The position numbers were made by a program, and so were the translations under genes. From positions 115,728 to 179,727 of the forward strand of contig JAIELQ010000007.1 of the NCBI GenBank assembly GCA_019752815.1: a stretch of 64,000 nucleotides of DNA, read 5' to 3'. Below, piece after piece: positions 10,047 through 19,076 of this stretch. The stretch's first letter is position 1. Each line of letters opens with the position of its first letter. Origin of the DNA: Patescibacteria group bacterium (GTDB lineage: Bacteria > Patescibacteriota > Minisyncoccia > Phycocordibacterales > UBA918). A model generated the notes under the pieces. That model worked only from the letters and a program-made list of their open reading frames with translations, had not been told where the DNA came from and did no database searches.

Positions 10047-11162
10047 ATGAAATGGTTCGTCCCTTTCTTTCAACTACTAGCCGTAGTCATTATATTTGGT
10101 AGTGAAGTACATGCGCAGATTGAAACTGTTGGTGTGGCAACTACTACTATCACGTTAAGTATTTGTGGAAACAGTCTGGTTGATTCATCAGAAGACTGTG
10201 ATGTTCCTGGCGAAACTGGTGTCTATAGTACAACTATCGTTGGTAGACAATGTACCCCAACGTGTAAATTTGGTCCGTATTGTGGTGATGGTATTTTGCA
10301 GACCCAATTTACTGAAGAGTGTGACGACGGCAATAACACGAGTCTCGATTTCTGTTCTGCTACCTGCAAAATTGAACCAGCTGGCTCCGGTGGAGGGGGA
10401 AGTTCAGGCGGAGGTGGCGGGTCTGGCGGTGGTGAGCGCGATCTTGGTGACACCCAGATTAGTGTGACTGGTATCGGGTATCCAAGTCAGACGATAAACT
10501 TTTTGCTCGATACAAAATCTATTGGTTCGGTACGAGCCAATAGTTCAGGTCGTTTTGAGTTTGCGGCCGATGCGTCTCCGGGAACAGCTACATTAGGTGT
10601 ATGGGCTGTAGATTCCGCTGGTAAACGTTCTATTACGCTCAATAACACCTTTGACGTCACTCAGGGCGCAGTTACGAACGTGAGTGGTCTTATCTTGCCA
10701 CCGACCATTTCAGTAGCCAACCCAAATGTTATTCCAGGCAGTATTATTGCTATTACCGGGCAAAGTATTCCATCAGTAAAAGTTGATGTGCACTTTAATA
10801 ACAGTGAAATCGTTGAGTCGGTCACGAGTGGAGCTGACGGTAAATATACATTAAATTTTAATTCTACTCGTTTGCGTAACGCTGAATACACCATCAAAGC
10901 TCGTTCCGTCTCAGGTGTGGCACCACTATTAACACAAAGTAGTTTCAGTACATCACTTCAACTTTTTGTCGGTGTTGATGGGCGAGCCACCTCACCATCA
11001 GACCTTAGTCGTGATGGAAAAGTTAACCTAGTAGACTTCTCGATTTTGATCTTCTGGTGGCAAACCGCCGGCGGTGATTCTAATCCACCAGCTGACATTA
11101 ACGGTAATGGTCGGGTGAGTTTGGAAGACTTTTCTATCCTCCTCTTTAACTGGACCGGCTAG
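10047..11162 (+). CDS. Secreted protein with Cys-rich (DUF4215-like) repeats, Gly linker, Ig-like domains and a C-terminal dockerin-like domain
   Basis: CGNSLVD..EDCD and CGDGILQ...EECDDGN....C...C repeats. Duplicated Ca-loop DLSRDGKVNLVDFSIL / DINGNGRVSLEDFSIL. Confidence 0.8.
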   Translation: MKWFVPFFQLLAVVIIFGSEVHAQIETVGVATTTITLSICGNSLVDSSEDCDVPGETGVYSTTIVGRQCTPTCKFGPYCGDGILQTQFTEECDDGNNTSLDFCSATCKIEPAGSGGGGSSGGGGGSGGGERDLGDTQISVTGIGYPSQTINFLLDTKSIGSVRANSSGRFEFAADASPGTATLGVWAVDSAGKRSITLNNTFDVTQGAVTNVSGLILPPTISVANPNVIPGSIIAITGQSIPSVKVDVHFNNSEIVESVTSGADGKYTLNFNSTRLRNAEYTIKARSVSGVAPLLTQSSFSTSLQLFVGVDGRATSPSDLSRDGKVNLVDFSILIFWWQTAGGDSNPPADINGNGRVSLEDFSILLFNWTG

Positions 11163-11368
11163 AACTTCCAAAAATGGCACATTGCGTTGTCGCTGCTGCG
11201 GTACATTTTCCTCCACCGTACAGCGGTACGTTTCCAGAAAATGTCCTTGCTTCTTACAGAAGCTGTCCACTCATTCGGTATTTTTTACAAAATCCCTCAA
11301 TGAGTCTTGAGAAAGCAAAGCAGTTTGCTTTCTCACTCCTAGCACTGCACTCAGTTTTGAAAATTCTA
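11160..11368 (+). repeat. Structured intergenic hairpin element, copy 5 (long form)
   Basis: TAGAACTTCCAAAAATG / CAGTTTTGAAAATTCTA ends, starting on the TAG stop. Apical CGTAC-AGCG-GTACG. Outer arms resemble copy 2; inserted module is shared with copy 4. Confidence 0.85.
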
Positions 11369-11452
11369 CTCAACGTGTGATTCTGACGTTTGGTGATATG
11401 CGAGATTTTGTAGTGATTCATTTTTAACTAGACCGGGTAACAATTAATTTTA

Positions 11453-11850
11453 GTTCGAGTCCCTGTCAGGCAGCGAGTAGAAAAGACATTCTTCGGGATG
11501 TTTTTTCGTATCGCTGCCTGACAGGCGCAGCTTTCTGAAAGAAAGCGTCTGCGCGAACTCGAAGCCGTTGCCAGCTCTTTTGAAAAAAGAGCGACAACGG
11601 GTACTGAACATGTAATGTTCGAGTCCCTGTCAGGCAACAATCGGCAGACCACAAATGTGAATACATTTGTGGCCTTTGCCGTTGCTAGTATGACAGGGGC
11701 TCGAAAGACGTAAGCCGGGGCCCCTCTGGGCCGGCGAGTCGGGGTCGAAAGCACTTACTAGAATTGGAACGAAGTGAACAATTTTAGTTATTGACTTGTG
11801 ACCGAGTCCCTGTCAGTCATAAAAAATCGGCTAGGAATTTACTAGTCGAA
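11453..11850 (+). repeat. Tandem array of tRNA-3'-end-like repeats with inverted copies and nested hairpins
   Basis: CGAGTCCCTGTCAG at 11456, 11620 and 11803 (the first two preceded by GTT). Inverted copies CGCTGCCTGACAGG (~11512) and TGACAGGGGCTCGAA (~11691). Many short hairpins between them. Confidence 0.8.
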
Positions 11851-11900
11851 TTCTTTATAATTTGTTATGCTCTGATTAGAAACAGCAAAGGGGTTGCAAG

Positions 11901-12350
11901 ATGACATCTGACAGCCCTTTTGAGGGTAAAATTGTGATTGTGTCGTACACAGAGTGTAATTTAGACACGGAAGACACTGCGTGTCTTGTGTATAGAGTTG
12001 AGCAAGGGAAACTCGTACCGTTACTTGGAGTTCTTGATTTGCCAGACGGCTTGCATTGGCATCGAAATGATTATGATCAATACGATGTTGCGATCGCTGT
12101 CATCAAGAGAACTGGCAGTCTCGAGGTTTTTGTTCCAAACTATTTTATTCCTGGGAAGCAATTTTTTGGTCAAGAGTTTGGATTTGTCGAACTCAGTGAA
12201 GGGCTAAATGATAAAAATGAGATTGAAGAGTGGTGTGAATATGATGGTTTCTTATATAATTGGGAAATGCTCAGATTGCTTGAGGAGCACCAGATTAAAG
12301 TCAGGTATATTGACCCAAAAACGATGCACGTCATTCCAGAAGAAAATTAA
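11901..12350 (+). CDS. Hypothetical acidic protein (orphan)
   Basis: 149-aa ORF with purine-rich SD-like AAAGGGG upstream and a hairpin directly after the stop. Confidence 0.7.
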   Translation: MTSDSPFEGKIVIVSYTECNLDTEDTACLVYRVEQGKLVPLLGVLDLPDGLHWHRNDYDQYDVAIAVIKRTGSLEVFVPNYFIPGKQFFGQEFGFVELSEGLNDKNEIEEWCEYDGFLYNWEMLRLLEEHQIKVRYIDPKTMHVIPEEN

Positions 12351-12371
12351 GTCGGCACGCTGTGCCGGCTT
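12349..12371 (+). terminator. Terminator-like hairpin
   Basis: AAGTCGGCAC-GCT-GTGCCGGCTT followed by an AT-rich tract. Confidence 0.55.
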
Positions 12372-12480
12372 ATTAATTTTATAATATATAAATCCAAATA
12401 TCGTCCCAGACGGCTAGCACAACAACTTTAGCTACATCTAGAAAAATGTAAAAGTTTAAGTCACCAATTTAAAAATAGAA

Positions 12481-12507
12481 AACCTGACGAGTATGAGTCG
12501 TCAGGTT
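12481..12507 (-). terminator. Terminator hairpin for the minus-strand gene (possibly bidirectional)
   Basis: AACCTGACGA-GTATGAG-TCGTCAGGTT, with T-rich tracts downstream on both strands. Confidence 0.6.
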
Positions 12508-12541
12508 TAGTTTTTCTTGTCAGCCATGGATTAATTTCGTT

Positions 12542-13111
12542 CTATAGCCAATCTGAATTCTTTTCGGTCCAGATATCAATCAGGGCCTCTTGATGTCCCA
12601 ATTGTACATAAAGTGTACAGAAGTCAGTGGTTGCCGCCGATTTTGTATCATAGAATCGTTTGACGGAGAAAGAAAAAGTCATAGCCACTTTAGTGTGTGC
12701 TTGAAGTACCGAAATGTATCGACGTGAAGTCTCATGCAAATAGGCTTTGTACTGGAGGGCATCAATACCCCCATACAGTGATATTGGGGTATTGAATGTA
12801 ATGAAATTCATCACAATTGTGATAATCACTGCCGCTGCAAATACTGCGAGAGCACCACCTACTGCCAGTTGCCCAATTTGTCTGAACTCAAAGAAAAAAA
12901 ACAGTCCGCCACACATACACACAATCACACTTGCTATATACGCCGCGATCGTTGCACCAGCCAGTTTCTCTTGGTGGACCAGTAGATAAAATCGCCACCA
13001 AGATTCATGTGCCCGTTGCACAGTATTCTGTGCTCTGGTACGTTCCTGGTACGAGATGGGATTAATGTGCACTTCTGCCAGTAACGAAGCGAGGTCTTTA
13101 TGTATCATCAC
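12542..13111 (-). CDS. Hypothetical membrane protein with two TM helices (orphan)
   Basis: 189-aa ORF with two hydrophobic segments and TAGGAG upstream of the GTG start. Confidence 0.7.
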   Translation of the reverse strand: MMIHKDLASLLAEVHINPISYQERTRAQNTVQRAHESWWRFYLLVHQEKLAGATIAAYIASVIVCMCGGLFFFFEFRQIGQLAVGGALAVFAAAVIITIVMNFITFNTPISLYGGIDALQYKAYLHETSRRYISVLQAHTKVAMTFSFSVKRFYDTKSAATTDFCTLYVQLGHQEALIDIWTEKNSDWL

Positions 13112-13445
13112 AGTGGAACTCCTAAGAATGAACAGAGAGGCACTTTGCCCCGATGTAACAAAAATACGATATTTTACAAAAAAAGCAATATTGCAAATTT
13201 AAAAAACTAACTTCAAGCTAATTGAAATCTTTACTTTATTTATAAAAATTTATGTAAAAAAGTCCTAACATCGTCCCAAACAGCCAGTAAAAAAATTAGG
13301 TTGACCCGGACAGAGTTCTTTTCTTGAGGGTGGTGATTTATTGGTAAAAATATTTTTCACCTTATTTCGTTTAGATTTAAACCCTTGGTTTTATTGCTTT
13401 GTAATTACTAGAAATGTATATGTAGTGTGCTATTATTTTCAAATT

Positions 13446-14417
13446 ATGTTTATTACAATCGTTTTGTTTGTTGTTGGATTTATTATTTTAGTGAAGGGGG
13501 CGGATATGTTGGTGAGTGGAGCGTCCTCCTTGGCGGCGAGGCTCGGTGTATCGGCGTTGGTTATTGGTTTGACGATTGTCGCGTTCGGCACATCAGCTCC
13601 TGAGCTGATTGTGAACTTGCTTGCGAGTTTGCAAGGAAATACTGATATTGCGATTGGAAATATTTTAGGGAGTAATATTGTAAATATTCTTTTGATCTTG
13701 GGTATTTGTGCAGTGATGTACCCACTCTCAGTAGGAAAAGGCACTACCTGGAAGGAGATTCCCTTTGCGCTCTTAGCTGTTGTAATGTTGGGTTGTTTGG
13801 CTCTTGATCAAATGCTCGGCGGGGCAGAATCTTCACTAATTTCATTTGGTGATGGTTTGGTGCTGATCGGTTTCTTTGCGATATTTTTGTACTATATCTT
13901 TTCGATTGCAAAAGAGGATGCTGGACAGATGGAATCAGTGAAGACTGATGCAGTGCCAGCGCAATCATTAGTACGTTCTGTTACCTTGATTGCTATCGGT
14001 CTATCCGGGTTAGTTATAGGCGGAAAGTGGATTGTCGACGGTGCAGTTTTCTTTGCAACTGCGTTAGGAGTGAGTGAATCATTAATTGGCTTGACGATTG
14101 TGGCTGTAGGTACATCACTGCCTGAACTGGCAACTTCAGTGGCTGCTGTGTATCGACGAAACATTGATATTGCAGTTGGAAACATTGTGGGTTCCAACAT
14201 TTTTAACATATTTTGGATCTTGGGCGTGTCTGCGGTGATTACCCCGCTACCTTTTTCTGAACAATTTACCATTGATCTACTCGTTACATTTGGAGCCACA
14301 CTACTGTTATTCCTGGTCTTATTTGTTGGTCGGAAACATACTATTGAACGTTGGCAGGGAGTCTTGTTTATCGTTCTCTACGTTGCCTATGTCGCATATT
14401 TAATTGGGCGAGGGTAA
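13446..14417 (+). CDS. yrbG: Ca2+/cation (Na+) antiporter, CaCA / YrbG family
   Basis: Two alpha-repeats 'GLTIVAFGTSAPE...GNILGSNIVN' and 'GLTIVAVGTSLPE...GNIVGSNIFN'. ATG 13446 preferred over 13341. Confidence 0.92.
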   Translation: MFITIVLFVVGFIILVKGADMLVSGASSLAARLGVSALVIGLTIVAFGTSAPELIVNLLASLQGNTDIAIGNILGSNIVNILLILGICAVMYPLSVGKGTTWKEIPFALLAVVMLGCLALDQMLGGAESSLISFGDGLVLIGFFAIFLYYIFSIAKEDAGQMESVKTDAVPAQSLVRSVTLIAIGLSGLVIGGKWIVDGAVFFATALGVSESLIGLTIVAVGTSLPELATSVAAVYRRNIDIAVGNIVGSNIFNIFWILGVSAVITPLPFSEQFTIDLLVTFGATLLLFLVLFVGRKHTIERWQGVLFIVLYVAYVAYLIGRG

Positions 14418-14486
14418 AAGATTAGTCTAAGAAAGTACATAGTACAGAGAATCACTATATCGCCACACTCTTAGTGTTGAGTATGT

Positions 14487-14531
14487 AAAAGCTTCAAGTC
14501 TCGGGAAAGAGAAGTGAAGCTTTTTGTTTTT
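14487..14531 (+). terminator. Rho-independent terminator
   Basis: AAAAGCTTCA...TGAAGCTTTT stem followed by a T-tract. Confidence 0.65.
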
Positions 14532-14800
14532 TGTAGTATAAAAAGTCATACCACAGTTATTGGGTGCAGGTTTTAAAGTATAGAAACAATTACAGAACGT
14601 TCATTGGGTTGTATATGAGTGCTGGACAATGTATCTTGCGGGTTATAGTTTTGGTATGACTTAGAGTTATTTTTTTGTTAATTTATTTTTTGCGTTTATG
14701 CTGGTAGTAGTGATCGTGGTTTTTTAAAAAATGATAAATCTTTTTTACTCGTATAGGCTTTGTTTGTGTATAAGTATCTCTAAAAAAAAATCCATCGGGC

Positions 14801-15031
14801 TACAATGAGAGGGTACTTGTTTTGGGGGTATCACTTAGGATGCCATAGCTGCTTCACTGTAGCTAAATGACCTTCAGCCGGGAGTTCCGAAACAGGTATG
14901 CTTACGATTCTATATAGGTAATCGGTGTGGAGACCAATTACCGGTATTTATCTTTATGGTAAATAGCTTTTATATACGTCTTTGTACATGTATATGGAGG
15001 CAATGGTAGGCTAATACAACGTAGAGAATAT
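14801..15031 (+). promoter_or_regulatory. Putative promoter (-10 TACAAT) and long structured 5' leader of 15032..16174
   Basis: TACAAT at 14801. A 13-bp stem 14813-14825 / 14887-14899 encloses internal hairpins. A further hairpin lies at 14917-14942. Confidence 0.6.
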
Positions 15032-16174
15032 ATGAGTAGAACGAATACCACGTTCGGACTACTCCAAGCTATTGCAGCGATAGCAGCCTTTGCCATACTT
15101 CTATGGTCAATTGGTTTGCCATCATTCCGTTTTGCGGAAGCTGCAAGTGTCACGTCGCTTAGCGACACCCTCTCAGATTCTGCTCCTGCAGTTGGATCTG
15201 ATCACACTATCAACTTTATTACACCAAGTGGTGTAGCAAACGGTAGTACGATTGTTGTAGATTTTTCTGATGGACCATTTGTGGTTGGTTCAGTTAACTT
15301 CACAGACATTGACGTCTTTGATGACGCCACCAGTCTCGATGTTGCTGCAAACTGCTCTGGTACAGAACAAATCGGTGCGTCCTTTTCTGGGTCAGTCCTC
15401 ACACTTGAATTTTGTTCAGGTGATGGCGGATCACTCCCTACATCAGGCACAACGACAATCTTGATTGGTGAAAATGCTGCTGGAGGAAATGCCCAATTAA
15501 CTAACCCATCAGTTGGATCGTATGAAATCAATCTAACCGTTGGAGCAAGTGATATTGGCTCAACTCGAGTAGCGATTATTGCACCAGTTGTAGTGACGGC
15601 TGCTGTGGATACGAGCTTTACCTTTACGGTAGCGGGTCTTCCAGGCGGTACCGATGTGAACTCGTTGGTAACAACAGGGACATCAACTGCAACTGCAATT
15701 GCATTTGGTGCACTGACAGATGGTAATGCATCTTCTGCTGCTCAACGATTAAGTGTTTCAACAAACGCTAGTTATGGTTTTGCAGTAACTGTGCAGGCAG
15801 ATCAACAACTGACTTCGTCAGCCGGAGCAGATATTGATGGATTTATCGACGGTGCATTTACGAATACTCCGGTATCATGGACATCACCAACACCGATAAT
15901 TTCAGATGAAGATACGTGGGGTCACTGGGGTCTAACCACCAATGATGCAACGTTCGGACTCTCTGACCCGTTTGATGTAGGAGGAGCTGGCAATCGTTTT
16001 GTTTCAGCTTCAACTACACCAGTACAGATATTTCGACATGATGGACCAGCTGACGGTACAACCCAAGATATTGGGCGAGCCGATGTGGGTTATCAAGTAG
16101 AAATCTCAGGTTTGCAGGAAGCAGGAACAGATTACACCGCTACGCTGACATACGTAGCAACTCCAGTATTCTAA
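15032..16174 (+). CDS. Secreted surface protein with WxL/fimbrial-like C-terminal domain (candidate major subunit, module B)
   Basis: Signal peptide (AEA-A), acidic Thr-rich beta domains, C-terminal 'YQVEISGLQEAGTDYTATLTYVATPVF' paralogous to the end of 22342..28497. Confidence 0.75.
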   Translation: MSRTNTTFGLLQAIAAIAAFAILLWSIGLPSFRFAEAASVTSLSDTLSDSAPAVGSDHTINFITPSGVANGSTIVVDFSDGPFVVGSVNFTDIDVFDDATSLDVAANCSGTEQIGASFSGSVLTLEFCSGDGGSLPTSGTTTILIGENAAGGNAQLTNPSVGSYEINLTVGASDIGSTRVAIIAPVVVTAAVDTSFTFTVAGLPGGTDVNSLVTTGTSTATAIAFGALTDGNASSAAQRLSVSTNASYGFAVTVQADQQLTSSAGADIDGFIDGAFTNTPVSWTSPTPIISDEDTWGHWGLTTNDATFGLSDPFDVGGAGNRFVSASTTPVQIFRHDGPADGTTQDIGRADVGYQVEISGLQEAGTDYTATLTYVATPVF

Positions 16175-16205
16175 ACGAATAGTGGATCCAAGCTTGGAGT
16201 ACAAG

Positions 16206-16246
16206 CAAAAAACCCTATCTCCCACCACGAGTAGGGTTTTTGCTTT
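16206..16246 (+). terminator. Rho-independent terminator
   Basis: GCAAAAAACCCTA...TAGGGTTTTTGC hairpin. Confidence 0.7.
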
Positions 16247-16295
16247 GTGTACAAGATCATAAAAGCTCGTAGATATGGGCTATACTAGAACTACT

Positions 16296-17312
16296 ATGAG
16301 GTATATTTTGTTGGCGGTTGTGTTTCTTGTCTCAGCTTCGATGGTTGAGGCAGCGACACTGTATATGGACCCTAATACAGTCAGTCTTAATCGTGGTGAC
16401 GCTGCTAAAATTTCCATCAGACTCGATACCGACGAGGCAGCGGGTGAGTGTATTAACGCAATTGATGCGGTGATTTCTTATAGTGACAATATTATTCCGG
16501 TTGATATTTCAGTGGGAAAATCTATTTTGCCAATTTGGGTAGAAAATCCAGTCATTAACAAAGAAAATAACACTATTAGTTTTGCTGGTGGTATCCCGAA
16601 TGGGTATTGTGGACGAGTACAAGGAGATCCAAATCTTACCAACACCCTCGTGGAAATTTTTTTTAGAGCACCCGGTATGCAAGTGGGTGGTGGTGAAGCT
16701 CGTTCACAAGCAACAGTGCAATTTACCGATGAAACAACAGCGTATTTAAATGATGGAGCCGGAACACCTGCGAGTTTACAAAAAATTGGTGCTAATTTTA
16801 CGCTCGGCGACAATGTAGGAAGTGAAATTCTCGATCCGTGGAGTGGTGATGTGCAATCAGATGATGCTCCGCCAGAGGAGTTTAGTGCTAGTGTTGAAAT
16901 GATTGATAACAAATGGTTTGTAGTGTTTAACACCACTGATAAACAAACAGGAATCAGTCATTATGAAGTCATTGAAGAAACCTATTCACAATCAAAGCTT
17001 TTTGACTTTGGAGCGGCCACAGCGCCTGGGGTCGAAACACGTAGTCCCCATTTATTAAAAGATCAGTCACGTAACAGTGTTGTCCGGGTACGAGCTATCG
17101 ATAAAGCTGGTAATGAGTATGTAGCTACCGTGCCCGTTGATGAGTCGGCTCGTCGCTTTTCGATTACGCCGGAGCTTATGGTCATGGCAGGTATTGCAAT
17201 TACGGGAGTGCTGATACTACTAGGCCTCGTGTACTGGTTCATCAGACGGCGTAGAGCAAAAAAGAATACGCTTGCTAATTTAGAAGAAAGTGATTCTGGT
17301 GTATTAGAATAA
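16296..17312 (+). CDS. Cohesin-like domain protein with Ig-like domain and C-terminal TM anchor
   Basis: 'ATLYMDP...INAIDAVISY...SILPIWVENP...ISFAGGIPNGY.G...L..I.F' cohesin-like pattern, 'DKQTGISHYEV...RVRAIDKAGN' Ig-like domain, TM plus RRRRAKK. ATG 16296 lies 9 nt after TATACT. Confidence 0.75.
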   Translation: MRYILLAVVFLVSASMVEAATLYMDPNTVSLNRGDAAKISIRLDTDEAAGECINAIDAVISYSDNIIPVDISVGKSILPIWVENPVINKENNTISFAGGIPNGYCGRVQGDPNLTNTLVEIFFRAPGMQVGGGEARSQATVQFTDETTAYLNDGAGTPASLQKIGANFTLGDNVGSEILDPWSGDVQSDDAPPEEFSASVEMIDNKWFVVFNTTDKQTGISHYEVIEETYSQSKLFDFGAATAPGVETRSPHLLKDQSRNSVVRVRAIDKAGNEYVATVPVDESARRFSITPELMVMAGIAITGVLILLGLVYWFIRRRRAKKNTLANLEESDSGVLE

Positions 17313-17316
17313 AAAT

Positions 17317-19068
17317 ATGAATATCGAACTATCTACCTTTGTACAAAAAGTCTTCATCCGAGTACTTCTTGTGGGAATAATCTTATTTGCGCTTCCTGTA
17401 CTCACCCAGGCTGCGACGTTGTCAGTTTCTCCTGGAACGGGAGTGTATAAAACTGGCGCCACGTTTACTGTAACAGTATTTGTAAACACTGCGGGTGTGC
17501 CGGTAAATGCCGCTGATGGAACACTTTCATTTAATCCTCGTGAACTATCGGTTGTTTCAGTATCCCGAGCGTCATCAATTTTTAATCTTTGGACTACGGA
17601 ACCAGCTTTCTCAAATTCAGCTGGTACGGTGTCATTTTCTGGTGGTGTGCCAACAGGCTACACTGGTAGTGCGGCAAATGTGCTGTCGGTAACATTTAGG
17701 TCTCTTACCTCGGGTGCTGCCCGCGTGTCTCTGACTGGAGCATCCGTCTTGGCAGCTGATGGACGAGGCACTAATGTTCTTACCGGGATGAGCGGAGGTA
17801 CGTATACACTATCAGCAGTAGAGTCGCAGCCGGCACCAGAAGTAATTGTTGAGTATGTGCCACCTGCAAATACCCCAAATGCACCGGTAATTACCTCAGC
17901 GACACATCCAGATCAAAATAGCTGGTCTAAAGAAACAACCGCCGTGTTTAATTGGACAGTGCCTGCCGGTGTAACAGCAGTACGAACAGGACTGGATAAA
18001 AGTCCGGTAGCGATTCCAACCAAAGTCTACGATAGTCCTATTCGAACTTTGACAATCCCTGACTTGGATCAAGGGGTGTCGTATCTGCACGTTCAGTTTA
18101 GAAATGCCGACGGTTGGGGTAAGGTTGCGCATTACAAATTGTCAGTTGACTCTGAAAAGCCTGAATCGTTTACCATCACGTTACCTGAAGATGCTGATCT
18201 CTCAAGTCCAACACAAACCCTTAATCTAGCTATCGTAGATAAAGCATCACCGGTCACAAAATTTAAAGTTCAGCTTGATGGTGGTGAGGCATATGACCAC
18301 ACCGCTTCGGGAACTAACCCTACGCTTGAGCTACCTAATCTAACGCCAGGTTACCATACAGTCGTTGTTGAAGGGTTCGATAGTGCGGGTAATTCCTTAA
18401 TCGCGACATTTTCATTTAGTATTACCGCTTTTGATAAACCACTCATAACTGAGTATCCAGCTACCCTCAATTCAGGAGTGACACCAGTTATACGTGGTAC
18501 TACCAAGGCAAATGCAACAGTAAAAGGTGTACTGACAGACGTGCAAGGTGTGGAAACTATTCTGGAAGGTGTAGCTGACGGCAGTGGTGTGTTTACCATT
18601 ATTCCTACCGATTCACTTAAGACTGGACGATATTCGCTTGTAGTAACCGCTACCGATGTTTCTGGTGGGCAAAGTGAACCGTCAGATACGGTAACGATAG
18701 TTGTATCTGAGCCAGGATATGTAGCAGTTGGGTCGTTTTTGATTAGTTTCTTTTCAATCCTTATACCACTCATTGCTCTGGTTGTATTGACGTGGTTGAC
18801 ACTCATCTATTCAATACGAAAAATGGGTCGCATGCGGGCACGGGTTATAGTAGAATCTGAAGAGGCAGCCATGATGCTCGCGACCGAGTTCAGACATTTG
18901 GATCAAGTCATTGCAGAGCAAGAAGCCGCCCTTATAGCTTCGCACAAAACGAAAAAGTTAACCAAAGCCGAAGAAACAATGTTTGCTGAACTTAAGTCGA
19001 CCATCGCTGAAGCCAAGCGTCGAGTCGGAAAAGAAGTTGATGATGTTACCCATGTATTCAAAAAATAA
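17317..19068 (+). CDS. Cohesin-like domain protein with several Ig-like domains, TM anchor and cytoplasmic helical tail
   Basis: 'AATLSVSP...FTVTVFVNT.G.PVNAADGTLSF...SIFNLWTTEP...GTVSFSGG.P.GY' cohesin-like pattern, Ig-like repeats, TM near aa 475-500. Confidence 0.78.
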   Translation: MNIELSTFVQKVFIRVLLVGIILFALPVLTQAATLSVSPGTGVYKTGATFTVTVFVNTAGVPVNAADGTLSFNPRELSVVSVSRASSIFNLWTTEPAFSNSAGTVSFSGGVPTGYTGSAANVLSVTFRSLTSGAARVSLTGASVLAADGRGTNVLTGMSGGTYTLSAVESQPAPEVIVEYVPPANTPNAPVITSATHPDQNSWSKETTAVFNWTVPAGVTAVRTGLDKSPVAIPTKVYDSPIRTLTIPDLDQGVSYLHVQFRNADGWGKVAHYKLSVDSEKPESFTITLPEDADLSSPTQTLNLAIVDKASPVTKFKVQLDGGEAYDHTASGTNPTLELPNLTPGYHTVVVEGFDSAGNSLIATFSFSITAFDKPLITEYPATLNSGVTPVIRGTTKANATVKGVLTDVQGVETILEGVADGSGVFTIIPTDSLKTGRYSLVVTATDVSGGQSEPSDTVTIVVSEPGYVAVGSFLISFFSILIPLIALVVLTWLTLIYSIRKMGRMRARVIVESEEAAMMLATEFRHLDQVIAEQEAALIASHKTKKLTKAEETMFAELKSTIAEAKRRVGKEVDDVTHVFKK

Positions 19069-19076
19069 TTACTGCT

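Noticed and set aside
10381-10433. GGN-rich tract as a phase-variable repeat
   Set aside because: It encodes a Gly/Ser linker with mixed codons, not a perfect simple-sequence repeat.
3685-11368. Integron attC cassette array
   Set aside because: The hairpins follow stop codons as attC sites do, but they lack RYYYAAC/GTTRRRY ends, no IntI is present, and they separate functionally linked genes (ABC ATPase and permease).
5182-11754. Short ORFs over the repeats (5206..5397, 5182..5478, 6672..6998, 8486..8986, 11174..11380, 11428..11754, 11466..11666)
   Set aside because: They coincide with palindromic non-coding elements or overlap real genes and show no protein-like motifs.
11453-11816. CRISPR array or intact tRNA
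   Set aside because: Repeats are only 14-20 bp, the intervening 150-170 bp segments are self-complementary, no cas genes are adjacent, and no D-arm or anticodon arm precedes the GTTCGAGTCC motif.
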